Source of the DNA: an uncultured Bacilli bacterium
GTDB taxonomy: Bacteria; Bacillota_I; Bacilli_A; RF39; UBA660
DNA length: 64,000 nt
Reading direction: 5' to 3'
NCBI GenBank assembly: GCA_947624135.1
Contig: CANQIV010000001.1
Coordinates: 5,331 to 69,330 of the forward strand
The position numbers were made by a program, and so were the translations under genes. Of the stretch, positions 21,594-33,000 are shown piece after piece. The notes below the pieces were generated by a model. That model was not told the origin of the DNA. It searched no databases and was given only the letters and a program-made list of their open reading frames with translations. The first letter of the stretch is position 1; every line of letters begins with the position of its first letter.

Positions 21594-22799
21594 ATGAAAA
21601 AAATATATTCAATTTTAATTATTCTATTATGTTTTATGTGTTTAACAGGTTGTGGTGGTAAAAATGAAACCAAATCAAATGATACTAAGTATAAAGAAAC
21701 ATATAATCATTCTGATTTGATTGTTCATTCAGATTATGATAAAATCAATGATTTTTTAAACGGGCTATTCAATGAACTTGATTTTGATGGAAAAATGAGA
21801 TTAGCTAGTTCAAATGAAATAGAAGATTATTTTACATTTGCATATATTAATGAGAAAGCAGATACTGTTTTTACATTTTATTTTGGCAAAGATGAGTCAT
21901 TTATGTTTGTAAATATAATTTATGATAAAAATAATAATAATTCAGTAGGTTTATCTAAAGAAGTTATTAAATATTCAAAATTTGGATTTAGTACAGCTGA
22001 TTTATCTACTATAAGAAATATACTCACTTCTTCTTCAACTATAGATGATACTATTGTAGGAAATTATATTGTTTCAAATTTATCAAGTGGTAATATGACT
22101 ATTAAATCAAAAGATAAATATGGTAAAGAAGATAATGCTAAACAAGAAACACAATCATCAAATAATAATATCCAAAATAATACTCAAAGCAATAGTAATG
22201 AGAATAATACAAACAATATTACAAATAATAATACAAATAATAATACAAATAATAATACAAATAATAATACAAATTCAAACAATCAAACAAATACTCAATC
22301 AAATAATAATTCTAATACACAACAAAATAATCAACAACAAACACAACCTGAAAATAATAATCATTCAGTTAGTGTAAGTAAACAAAATGCATTAAAATCA
22401 GCTAAATCATATCTAAATATTTCTGCATTTTCAAAAAAAAGATTAATAGAACAATTAGAATATGAAAAGTATTCTACTGAAGATGCAACTTATGCTGTTG
22501 ATAATTGTGGTGCTAATTGGAATGAACAAGCATTAAAATCAGCTAAATCATATCTAAATATTTCTGCATTTTCTTATAGTGGTTTGAAAAAGCAATTAGA
22601 ATATGAAGGTTTTACTAGTGAACAAGCAAGTTATGGTGTAAATAATTGTGGTGCTAATTGGAATGAACAAGCAATTAAGTCAGCAAAATCATATTTAAGT
22701 TTTTCATCTTTTTCACATGATGGATTAGTTCAACAACTAGAGTATGAGGGATTTACTCATGAACAAGCTGAATATGGGGTTACTCAAAATGGATTATAA
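21594..22799 (+). CDS. lipoprotein with N/Q-rich linker and three Ltp-like (superinfection-exclusion lipoprotein family) C-terminal repeats
   Basis: Lipobox LTGC; 3 x ~48-aa repeat (A/N)LKSAKSYL..S.FS...L..QLEYE.(F/Y)..E.A.Y(A/G)V.NCGANWNEQA resembling the phage Ltp repeat family. Confidence 0.6.
   Translation: MKKIYSILIILLCFMCLTGCGGKNETKSNDTKYKETYNHSDLIVHSDYDKINDFLNGLFNELDFDGKMRLASSNEIEDYFTFAYINEKADTVFTFYFGKDESFMFVNIIYDKNNNNSVGLSKEVIKYSKFGFSTADLSTIRNILTSSSTIDDTIVGNYIVSNLSSGNMTIKSKDKYGKEDNAKQETQSSNNNIQNNTQSNSNENNTNNITNNNTNNNTNNNTNNNTNSNNQTNTQSNNNSNTQQNNQQQTQPENNNHSVSVSKQNALKSAKSYLNISAFSKKRLIEQLEYEKYSTEDATYAVDNCGANWNEQALKSAKSYLNISAFSYSGLKKQLEYEGFTSEQASYGVNNCGANWNEQAIKSAKSYLSFSSFSHDGLVQQLEYEGFTHEQAEYGVTQNGL
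22225..22275 (+). repeat. 12-bp tandem repeat (aataatacaaat) x ~4 inside lipoprotein gene
   Basis: direct reading; encodes NNTN low-complexity linker. Confidence 0.8.
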
Positions 22800-22882
22800 A
22801 AATAACGATGACTTATCTTTCTAAGTCATCATATTGGTGAAATAAAGTAAATGTTGGAAAAATTTAAGAGAAAATACAAGTT

Positions 22883-22905
22883 ATACAATTAATTTGTATT
22901 TTTTT
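22883..22905 (+). terminator. rho-independent terminator downstream of Ltp-like gene
   Basis: ATACAA-TTAAT-TTGTAT hairpin followed by T7 run; an additional 9-bp perfect hairpin GATGACTTA/TAAGTCATC at 22807-22830 lacks a T run. Confidence 0.5.
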
Positions 22906-23007
22906 ATATTCTTTTTGATAAGAAATAATTTGTTTTATAATTATGTTTTAAACTAAAAGTACTATTATCTATTTCATATTGTAAATTATATTTTAAATTG
23001 TTATCTG

Positions 23008-23277
23008 CTACTTGCTTGGCTTGATTTTAAAACATGTAATAAATTTTTCTAAATTTAGTTTTTTATAGGTAGATTCACATGTTTTAAATTTATAATATAT
23101 TTTTTCAGTAATTTTAATATTGTTTGCTTTCGTAGTAAGTAATTGAGTAATATTTTCCAGTCTATCTAAAGAATAAGCATGAGGTCTGGAGGTTCTAAAT
23201 TTCGCATATTTATTTGATATATGACCTTCCAATTGTTTACTTACAATATTAATCATAATAAAATCTTTTATTACCAC
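23008..23277 (-). pseudogene. orphan 89-aa ORF, possible remnant of a mobile-element gene
   Basis: no RBS or recognisable domain; located immediately outside the left att-like repeat. Confidence 0.2.
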
Positions 23278-23334
23278 AAAAAAATATCAACTTTATTTAG
23301 AAATTGATACTTTTCTATATTAAGTTCAAACTAC

Positions 23335-23364
23335 AAAAGTTCGAACAGATTTCCTAATGGAGCG
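23335..23364 (+). repeat. left att-like direct repeat (copy of tRNA-Gly 3' end region)
   Basis: aaaagttcgaacagatt...aatggagcg matches 33360-33389 at 26/30 positions; preceded by inverted repeat TATCAA...TTGATA. Confidence 0.6.
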
Positions 23365-23509
23365 ATTGTGGAAGATATCTACAACTTTTGCTCATAAACA
23401 ATTTGATATATAAAATATCAATCTTTAATAATATTCTAACACAAATTGCCTAGAATAGCTCGGAAAATTTGCTAATTTGTGGTAAAATATTTTATGGATG
23501 TGAATATTT

Positions 23510-25285
23510 ATGAAATTAAAATCTATAAAAATTGAAAATTTTAAATCTTTTGGAAATGATAATAACTTGTTGATTTTAGAAGATATAAATACGATAATTG
23601 GTAAAAATGAATCTGGTAAAAGTAATCTTATTGAATGTTTAAGCAAAATTAATTTATCTGGAATAGATGATCGTGACTTTTTTCTTAATATAAATAAATA
23701 TACGAAGTTAAAGCCAAAGATAGGAATTGTTTTAATACCATCAGAAGAAGAAAAAAATAAACTAAAAGGAGAAACGCTATTAACAATTAATAATAGATTT
23801 GATATTGATATTGAGGGAAGTTTGACAGAATCAATAAAAAATAATACTATTTTTCAGAATAATAGAGATAAAATGAATGAATTAAATCAAAATGTAAGTA
23901 ATTTATTCAGTGATCAGGAACAACGTAAACATTTCAAGGACCTTATTGAAATGATTAATAATGCAGAAAATAAAATTTTTATTAATTATACATATATTGA
24001 TGGAATAATCAATAAAATAAACAAAAGTGAGGAGTTTTCAGAATTTCTAAGGTATTTACAAGATTGCATTTCATATTTAAATAGTTTAAAAAATTCTTTT
24101 CCAACTTTTATTGAAATAGATAATATAACTTTAAAATCCAAGTATACAAGAAAGAATTTAGTTGATGATAACGATTCTAAAATTATGCTTATTCATCTTT
24201 TAAATGCTATGGAAATGGATATGGATTATTTGATGAGGTATTGGGATTTAGATAACCAAGCTGATAAAGAAAATTATATTGAAGATTTTAATTATAAAAT
24301 ACAAGAATTAATTAGTAAATTTAATGATTTTTATTCACAAGAACGTGTTTATATGAAAGCATCTTTTGAAAACGATTCGTTAAATTTTGTTGTTAAAACA
24401 ACAAAAAAATATATGGATTTTGATGAAAGAAGTAATGGACTTAAATGGTATTTAAATATGTATATCCAACTTGTATCAAAAACAAAAAACTCTAATATTA
24501 ATAATTATGTAATTTTAATAGATGAACCAGGTGTTTATTTACATGTCAATGCACAGAAAGAAGTTTTAAAACTCTTTGAAGACCTTTCTAAGAAAAACAA
24601 TATGATAATCTATACAACTCACTCTCCGTTTATGATTTATGAAAATAAACTTTATAGGGTAAGATTAATTATAAAAGATGAAAATGGTAATAGCAATATT
24701 GGTAATAAGTATTATTCATTGCCACATAAAATGGGGTCTAAAACTGAAACAATTACACCTTTATTAACTGCCATTGGTATGAATATGAATTATAATATTT
24801 TATCTTTTAATAGCCAAGAGGTAAATATTATTACGGAAGGTATATCAGATTATAATTACATAAAAGGTTACTTTCTTTTAACAAAAGAAAAAATGCCTAA
24901 TATTATTCCATCAACAAGTGTGGATAATATACATAATATTGTCTCTATTTTGATTGGCTGGGGATGTAATTTTAAAATTATTATGGATCAAGATAATTCT
25001 GGTAGAGGACAATATAAAGTCTTAATTAATAAAGGATTGACTGATATTTCTAATATTTCTTTTGTGGATGGGCTAAATATTCCTGATAATAAAAAAACTA
25101 TAACTATTGAAGACATATTTTCAGAAAAAGATAAACAACAAATTGGAATAACAAATGAAGACTATAAAGAGGAAAAAGCATATTATTCATTAGAAACATT
25201 AAAAAGAATTGAAAACAAGGATTTTGAATATGATCAAGAAACTATGTGTAATTTTGCAAAAATAATTTTTCAATTATTTGATTAA
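23510..25285 (+). CDS. OLD-family ATP-dependent endonuclease (ABC ATPase + Toprim)
   Basis: N-terminal Walker A GKNESGKSNL, Walker B ILIDEPGVYLH, HSP motif; C-terminal Toprim IITEGISD. Confidence 0.75.
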   Translation: MKLKSIKIENFKSFGNDNNLLILEDINTIIGKNESGKSNLIECLSKINLSGIDDRDFFLNINKYTKLKPKIGIVLIPSEEEKNKLKGETLLTINNRFDIDIEGSLTESIKNNTIFQNNRDKMNELNQNVSNLFSDQEQRKHFKDLIEMINNAENKIFINYTYIDGIINKINKSEEFSEFLRYLQDCISYLNSLKNSFPTFIEIDNITLKSKYTRKNLVDDNDSKIMLIHLLNAMEMDMDYLMRYWDLDNQADKENYIEDFNYKIQELISKFNDFYSQERVYMKASFENDSLNFVVKTTKKYMDFDERSNGLKWYLNMYIQLVSKTKNSNINNYVILIDEPGVYLHVNAQKEVLKLFEDLSKKNNMIIYTTHSPFMIYENKLYRVRLIIKDENGNSNIGNKYYSLPHKMGSKTETITPLLTAIGMNMNYNILSFNSQEVNIITEGISDYNYIKGYFLLTKEKMPNIIPSTSVDNIHNIVSILIGWGCNFKIIMDQDNSGRGQYKVLINKGLTDISNISFVDGLNIPDNKKTITIEDIFSEKDKQQIGITNEDYKEEKAYYSLETLKRIENKDFEYDQETMCNFAKIIFQLFD

Positions 25286-25296
25286 GGAGGTGTATT

Positions 25297-27276
25297 ATGG
25301 CTTTTAAAAGTTATAGTTGGTCTATAGGAACGACAAGTTTTAGAACTAGTCAATTAAATTATAAAATTGAAAGGCAATTACAATTATTAAAGAAATTTTG
25401 GAATGACAACCCTAATTTGAATTGGGACAATGAAACTCAAGAAAAATATTATAATTATTTAAAAGAAAATAATTTTTTATATGGTGAGGCTAGGATTCCA
25501 GATAAGGATGCTAGAGAAAAGACATCAGGTTTAGTAGATATTGGTGTATTAACAAGTGATAGAAAATTAACTGAAGTAGGTTCTAACATTGAACAACTAT
25601 TATATAAAGTAATGAACAAAGATAATATCTTTATGATATCTGAAGATAGCTATAAATATTTATTACAATTTTTAAAACTACAAATTAATAATGCTAATGA
25701 AGGTATAAAAATAAAACCTTTTATTGCTCTTATTTACTTAATTGAAAAATTAGATTACTTATCTTATGATGAATTTACTTATTTGCTTCCACTTTGCAAA
25801 AATAAATATGATGTTAAGAAAATGGCTCAAACGATTAAAAATACTGTAAGAGTTGGGTTTCCTGTTGATGATATTATAACCGAAAAAATACTTGATATGA
25901 ATAATTATATTCAAGCATTATATGATTTTAGCAGAGATTATCCTGTAACCGAAGAAACATTTGAAAGAATAGGATTAAATAGAAAAAGTAAAGCATATGA
26001 TAGACCTTATAATGCAATTTATCATACTTTAGTTGATTTAGTGTTTCATTTAAAGCATAATAATCTTAATGAAAGGCTTCCAAAATATAAGGAATTGTTT
26101 GAAGAATGTAAAAAAATATCTGGTAATGCTAGAATGCTATGGCAAAACTATTTATTTATGGGTGTTAAAATTAATAAAATAGATGAAGAATTTGATAACA
26201 AATTTAAATCATTGGATATTAGTTTATCTAGAAATATTATTGATTTTAAAAAAGAATTTTTTTTAAAAATGCATTTATTTAAATGGAAAGTAAATTTAAG
26301 AGATTATTTTGATTTAAATAAGCGATACTTTTCATTAACAGATATAATAAGATTTGAAGATGAAAAGATAGAATTAGATATGTTGCCTAAATATTATTTT
26401 AAAGATATTATTGATGATTTATTAAATGAAAACTTACTTGATAATGAACAATATTTAAAACAATTTTATTCTGATATTCCACTAGAAAGTATTTCTGAAT
26501 TATATAAAATTGATATAACTAATATTGTTAATAACATTAATAATGACTTAGGAATAAACTTAACACCAGAAAATGTAAATTCTTATATTAAAGATGAAAA
26601 GCTTAAAAATTTTAATGACTTAATTGATCATAAATTTAAAAATGAAGATTTAATTAGAATATTAGAACAAATAAAAAATAGAAATGATGAAGAACTAAAT
26701 TCATATATAACAGATAACGCAGATATTCCAACCATTTTTGAATATATACTTGGTATAGCATGGTATAGAATTAGTGGCAAAAAAGGAAATATTTTAGATT
26801 TTATGAATTTAAGTTTAGATGCAGATTTTTTGCCTAAGACTCATGCTAGTGGAGGAATGGCTGATATAGTTTATAAATATGAAAATAATTCATACCCTAA
26901 ACATGATTTATTAATAGAAGCAACTTTATCTGAATCAACTGGACAAAGAGTTATGGAAATGGAGCCTGTATCTAGACATCTTGGTGAAAATATAAAGCTT
27001 ACAAATAATTTAAATGATTATGCTTTATTCGTTGCTCCTAATTTGGAAGAAAGAATAATATTGGATTTTAGAAACATGAAAACAAGATTCTATCCAAAAG
27101 GTAATGGTGAGTTTATAGAAGGATTAAAAATTATACCAATCGACATAAACATATTAATGAAAATATTACAAAACAATATAAATTATAATGAAATATACAA
27201 TTGGTTTGATAAAGCATTTAAATCTACTATTCCAGATCCACTTTGGTATAGAGAAGAAATTTTAAAAAATATATAA
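25297..27276 (+). CDS. candidate type IIS restriction endonuclease (partner of tandem MTase)
   Basis: 659 aa, no NTP-binding motif; C-terminal block (YR.SGKKG ... GGMADIVY ... HDLLIEAT) has FokI-like cleavage-domain layout (PD...(D/E)x(K/T)); context with double-domain MTase. Confidence 0.4.
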   Translation: MAFKSYSWSIGTTSFRTSQLNYKIERQLQLLKKFWNDNPNLNWDNETQEKYYNYLKENNFLYGEARIPDKDAREKTSGLVDIGVLTSDRKLTEVGSNIEQLLYKVMNKDNIFMISEDSYKYLLQFLKLQINNANEGIKIKPFIALIYLIEKLDYLSYDEFTYLLPLCKNKYDVKKMAQTIKNTVRVGFPVDDIITEKILDMNNYIQALYDFSRDYPVTEETFERIGLNRKSKAYDRPYNAIYHTLVDLVFHLKHNNLNERLPKYKELFEECKKISGNARMLWQNYLFMGVKINKIDEEFDNKFKSLDISLSRNIIDFKKEFFLKMHLFKWKVNLRDYFDLNKRYFSLTDIIRFEDEKIELDMLPKYYFKDIIDDLLNENLLDNEQYLKQFYSDIPLESISELYKIDITNIVNNINNDLGINLTPENVNSYIKDEKLKNFNDLIDHKFKNEDLIRILEQIKNRNDEELNSYITDNADIPTIFEYILGIAWYRISGKKGNILDFMNLSLDADFLPKTHASGGMADIVYKYENNSYPKHDLLIEATLSESTGQRVMEMEPVSRHLGENIKLTNNLNDYALFVAPNLEERIILDFRNMKTRFYPKGNGEFIEGLKIIPIDINILMKILQNNINYNEIYNWFDKAFKSTIPDPLWYREEILKNI

Positions 27277-27277
27277 A

Positions 27278-27307
27278 AGATAGGTGTTGAGTATCTATCT
27301 TTTTTTT
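27278..27307 (+). terminator. rho-independent terminator after candidate REase gene
   Basis: AGATAG-loop-CTATCT hairpin followed by T8. Confidence 0.5.
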
Positions 27308-27362
27308 GATATAATGTTATTAGAAAATACGATGCCGAAAATGGAAATGGAGATGTAAAAAT

Positions 27363-29330
27363 ATGAAAACTATTTCAATTAATAATAGAAGATATATAGG
27401 TAGTAAAGCAAGAATGATTGATTTCATTAATGAAACTATAAAAAAAGAAAAAATTGAGTTTTCTTCATTTTTAGATTTATTCGGTGGAACGGGAATAGTT
27501 GGAAATTTTTTTAATGACCAAAAAACAAAAATATATGTTAATGATTTGTTAAAATCTAATTACTTATCATATTTAGCATGGTTTGGAAATGAAAAAATAG
27601 ATAAAAACAAAATAAAGATTTTTATAAATAAATATAATTCTCTTTCTAATTTAGAAGAAAATTATTTTTCAATTAATTTTAGTGATACTTATTTTAGTAA
27701 AGATAATTGTAAAAAAATTGGTTATATAAGAGAAGATATTGAAGCAAATTATCTTTCCAATAATTTAAATACTAGAGAAAGAGCTATTCTTATAACATCT
27801 TTATTATATGCTATGGATAAAATTGCAAATACAGTTGGGCATTATGATGCATATAGAAAAAATGGAAATTTAGATAAAAAATTAGAATTGTGTATGCTTG
27901 ATTTAAAATCCAACATTAATAATAAAAATAATAAAGTCTTTAATGAAGACTCTAATGAACTTGTAAAAAGTATAAAAGCAGATGTTGTTTATATTGATCC
28001 CCCATATAATTCAAGACAATATTCTGATGCATATCATTTATTAGAAAATGTTGCAATGTGGGAAAAAAATGAAGTTCATGGTGTTGCAAAAAAAATGGAA
28101 AGAAATGGAATTAAAAGTAAATATTGCTCTGTGTCAGCTCCTCTTGCTTTTAAAGATTTAATTGATAACATAGATGCTAAATACATAATTGTTTCATATA
28201 ACAATATGGGAACAAAAGGTGCAGGAAGGTCACAAGCTAAAATAAGTGATGATGATATAATAAATACTTTAAGATTGAAAGGAAAAGTAAAAGTATATGA
28301 AACTGATTTTAATCAGTTTAACACAGGAAAAACCCATATTGACAATCATAAAGAAAGATTATTTATATGTAAAGTTGGAAAAAGCACAAAGAAAAAAACT
28401 AGACATATAGAACCGATTATTGATAAAGTAAAATCTCCATTAAATTATACGGGTGGGAAATATAAATTATTAAATCAAATAATACCTATATTCCCTAATA
28501 ATCTAGACTTATTTGTAGATTTATTCTCTGGTGGATCTAATGTTGGTGTTAATGTTAATGCTAAAAGAATAGTATGTGTAGATAAACAAGAAGAGATTAT
28601 TAGAGTTATGGAATTGTTTAAAAAATATGAAGATGGTTTTATTATAAGTTCTTTAGAAAAAATTATTGATAAATATAATTTAAGTAATTCTTTATTAAAT
28701 GGATATAAAGCATATAATTGTACTAGCGATAAGGGATTAGGAACATATAATAAATCAAAATATTTAGAATTGAGAAAAGATTATAATAATATGAGAGATA
28801 ATTCTACAGAAAAAGATTTATTATTTTTAACATTAGTAATTTATGGATTTAATAATCAAATTAGATTTAATTCTAATGGTGAATTTAATATGCCTGTCGG
28901 GAAAAGAGATTTTAATAATTCTTTAAGAAAAAATTTAAAAAATTTTATAACAAAACTGAAGTCAAAAAATATAGAATTTATTAATTCTGATTTTAGAGAA
29001 TTTGCAATTGAAACAACCAATAACACTTTAGTATATTGCGATCCACCTTATTTTTTAGGGACAGCAAGTTATAATGAAAATGGTGGATGGACAAAACAAG
29101 ATGAAATAGATTTATTAAATTATTTAGCTGTTTTAGATAGTAAAGGTGTAAAATTTGCATTATCAAATGTAATCGAACATAAGGGTAATAAAAATATTAT
29201 ACTTGAAGCTTGGATTAAAGAACATAAATATAATGTTCATATAATTGATTGTGATTATAATAATTCTAATTATCACAAACAACAAGGAAGTATTACGAAA
29301 ACAACAGAAGTCTTAATAACAAATTACTAA
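27363..29330 (+). CDS. tandem two-domain N6-adenine DNA methyltransferase (Dam/D12 class fused pair)
   Basis: two FxGxG motifs (FLDLFGGTG, FVDLFSGGS) and two DPPY motifs (YIDPPYNS, YCDPPYFL); 655 aa. Confidence 0.85.
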   Translation: MKTISINNRRYIGSKARMIDFINETIKKEKIEFSSFLDLFGGTGIVGNFFNDQKTKIYVNDLLKSNYLSYLAWFGNEKIDKNKIKIFINKYNSLSNLEENYFSINFSDTYFSKDNCKKIGYIREDIEANYLSNNLNTRERAILITSLLYAMDKIANTVGHYDAYRKNGNLDKKLELCMLDLKSNINNKNNKVFNEDSNELVKSIKADVVYIDPPYNSRQYSDAYHLLENVAMWEKNEVHGVAKKMERNGIKSKYCSVSAPLAFKDLIDNIDAKYIIVSYNNMGTKGAGRSQAKISDDDIINTLRLKGKVKVYETDFNQFNTGKTHIDNHKERLFICKVGKSTKKKTRHIEPIIDKVKSPLNYTGGKYKLLNQIIPIFPNNLDLFVDLFSGGSNVGVNVNAKRIVCVDKQEEIIRVMELFKKYEDGFIISSLEKIIDKYNLSNSLLNGYKAYNCTSDKGLGTYNKSKYLELRKDYNNMRDNSTEKDLLFLTLVIYGFNNQIRFNSNGEFNMPVGKRDFNNSLRKNLKNFITKLKSKNIEFINSDFREFAIETTNNTLVYCDPPYFLGTASYNENGGWTKQDEIDLLNYLAVLDSKGVKFALSNVIEHKGNKNIILEAWIKEHKYNVHIIDCDYNNSNYHKQQGSITKTTEVLITNY

Positions 29331-29339
29331 GATAATAAA

Positions 29340-29383
29340 AGATGATATAAGCATTTAAATTAATGCTCAATATCATCTTTTTC
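29340..29383. terminator. bidirectional terminator between MTase and relaxase genes
   Basis: AGATGATAT...ATATCATCT 9-bp stem with nested AGCATT/AATGCT hairpin, T run after; overlaps relaxase stop. Confidence 0.5.
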
Positions 29384-30739
29384 TATTGCATAATCTTTTA
29401 AATTATTTAATTTACTTGGATTAGAAAGCAAATTGAAATTATCTTTATCTAAAGCACCATGTTCATATAATTCTTTAGCAAATTCTTCATATCTTTTGTC
29501 TTTTTTAACAAAAATTTTATCCATTAAGAATTGAACTAATCGATAAATCATATCTTTAAAATGTTCAAGTGTTGACTTTAAAGAATGATTTTCTTCTTTT
29601 AATTCTTGAATTTCATTTTCTTTTTCTTTGATATTTTCGTTTAATTTATCAACTTCTTGGTTAAGTGATTCATTATTTTTTGTTAATAATTTTAATCTTT
29701 GTCGATTACTAATTAACTCATTACTAATTTCTTTTAAAGTAACGGATAACTCTTGAATGTTTTGATATTCAGCAATAGTTTTATCTATTAAATCTATAAA
29801 AACAATTGCTTTATCACGATCCTTAACATCTATAACTAACTGATTTTTAATAAGCCCTTTTGCTTTTAAGCTTTCAAGAATTTCTTTAATTTCAGAAATA
29901 TTATTAGATAATTTTTCTGTTTTTTCTTTAGCACTTTTTAAATTATTTTGATGTATTTCAATAGACTTTTTAATCTTTTGGTAGTTTTCCATTTCAGTTA
30001 TATGATAATCTCGATTTCTGCCTTTTAATTTAGCCTTTAATTGATAATTTACTTGATATTCTTTGTTAAAAGATTCCATACAACGCACTCTCATTTTATC
30101 TTGAATTTTTGTTAATGATTCTTTAGTAAAGACATCAGATTTTCCAACTTGTTTAGACATTCCATATTTATTTTTATATTTAACTGGAACACCAATTATA
30201 TGAAGATGTGGACTTGTTTCATCATAATGAATGATTGCACTTGCTATTTTAAAGTTAGGGACAACAGTTTCTAAATCGTTAACTTGTTCTTTAAATACAT
30301 TAGTCATTTTCTTTTTATAATCAATAACTTTTGTATTCCAAAATTCCATATCACCAAGCTCAATAATTATTTCACAAGCCAAATCTTTTTTAGAATTATT
30401 GCTAATATGAGTGAAGTAATCTTTTATTTTTCTATCATCGCGAGCTTGTTTGTTATTATATTCAAGTTTTGCTTCTTCAAACTCATCTATATATAATTTT
30501 TTAATATCATCAACTATCGAAAATGAACCTCTAATAACTTCAATATTTTCTCTATCATTATCATATTTTCTACAATTATGATTATCACATTTTGCTAATC
30601 CTGATGCACTTTGAATAGCACTATTACCCATAGAAGTAGAACCACTAACATTACTTTTACCACTTTTTCTAGAACTATTTTTCTTATTTTTATCATTACT
30701 TAAATGGAAAGAGTAACTTAAGGTTGCTATATAAATCAC
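29360..30739 (-). CDS. MobV/Pre-family relaxase (plasmid recombination enzyme)
   Basis: Mob_Pre motif III HYDETSPHLHIIGVP (HxDExxPHxH), upstream HN.R-like segment, C-terminal coiled coil. Confidence 0.8.
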   Translation of the reverse strand: MIYIATLSYSFHLSNDKNKKNSSRKSGKSNVSGSTSMGNSAIQSASGLAKCDNHNCRKYDNDRENIEVIRGSFSIVDDIKKLYIDEFEEAKLEYNNKQARDDRKIKDYFTHISNNSKKDLACEIIIELGDMEFWNTKVIDYKKKMTNVFKEQVNDLETVVPNFKIASAIIHYDETSPHLHIIGVPVKYKNKYGMSKQVGKSDVFTKESLTKIQDKMRVRCMESFNKEYQVNYQLKAKLKGRNRDYHITEMENYQKIKKSIEIHQNNLKSAKEKTEKLSNNISEIKEILESLKAKGLIKNQLVIDVKDRDKAIVFIDLIDKTIAEYQNIQELSVTLKEISNELISNRQRLKLLTKNNESLNQEVDKLNENIKEKENEIQELKEENHSLKSTLEHFKDMIYRLVQFLMDKIFVKKDKRYEEFAKELYEHGALDKDNFNLLSNPSKLNNLKDYAIEKDDIEH

Positions 30740-30780
30740 ATCTCCTTTCTTTGTTTGTTTTTAGAGTATATTTTGTCTTT

Positions 30781-30849
30781 GACAAAATTATTAACCCCCT
30801 AGGAATTTTGTCATACTAACAAAATACTGGGGGCTAAGGCTCGCCTTAG
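30781..30849. promoter_or_regulatory. putative oriT / mob promoter region
   Basis: GACAAAATT/AATTTTGTC 9-bp IR, CCCCC/GGGGG IR, CTAAGG-CTCG-CCTTAG IR, all in the 150-bp leader upstream of the relaxase gene. Confidence 0.4.
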
Positions 30850-30890
30850 AATCCGAAATTAACTATCGTTAATTTTATAAGTAGAAGAAA

Positions 30891-32825
<1,935 letters not shown>

Positions 32826-32924
32826 CTAAAATCATCTCCTTTTCTCATTTTAAATTCAAAAAAGAGAAGTAAAGGTACTACTATAAAATAATACTTTCAC
32901 TTCTCTAAACTACATTGTAAGACT

Positions 32925-32939
32925 CTTGGTAACTTGGTT
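32925..32939. promoter_or_regulatory. perfect inverted repeat GGTAAC-TTG-GTTACC upstream of recombinase gene
   Basis: direct reading; candidate operator. Confidence 0.25.
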
Positions 32940-33000
32940 ACCATCTATATTAATTATACAACATTTGTCGTAAAAAGTCCATTGTCTAGGAAGTGGTGTA

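Noticed and set aside
22120-22377. 85-aa plus-strand ORF rich in I/Q repeats
   Set aside because: Alternative frame of the 12-bp tandem repeat inside the Ltp-like lipoprotein gene; an artefact of the repeat.
25297-27276. 659-aa protein as Gabija GajB helicase partner of the OLD/GajA-like nuclease
   Set aside because: No Walker A/P-loop or UvrD-family motifs anywhere in the protein; C-terminus looks nuclease-like instead.
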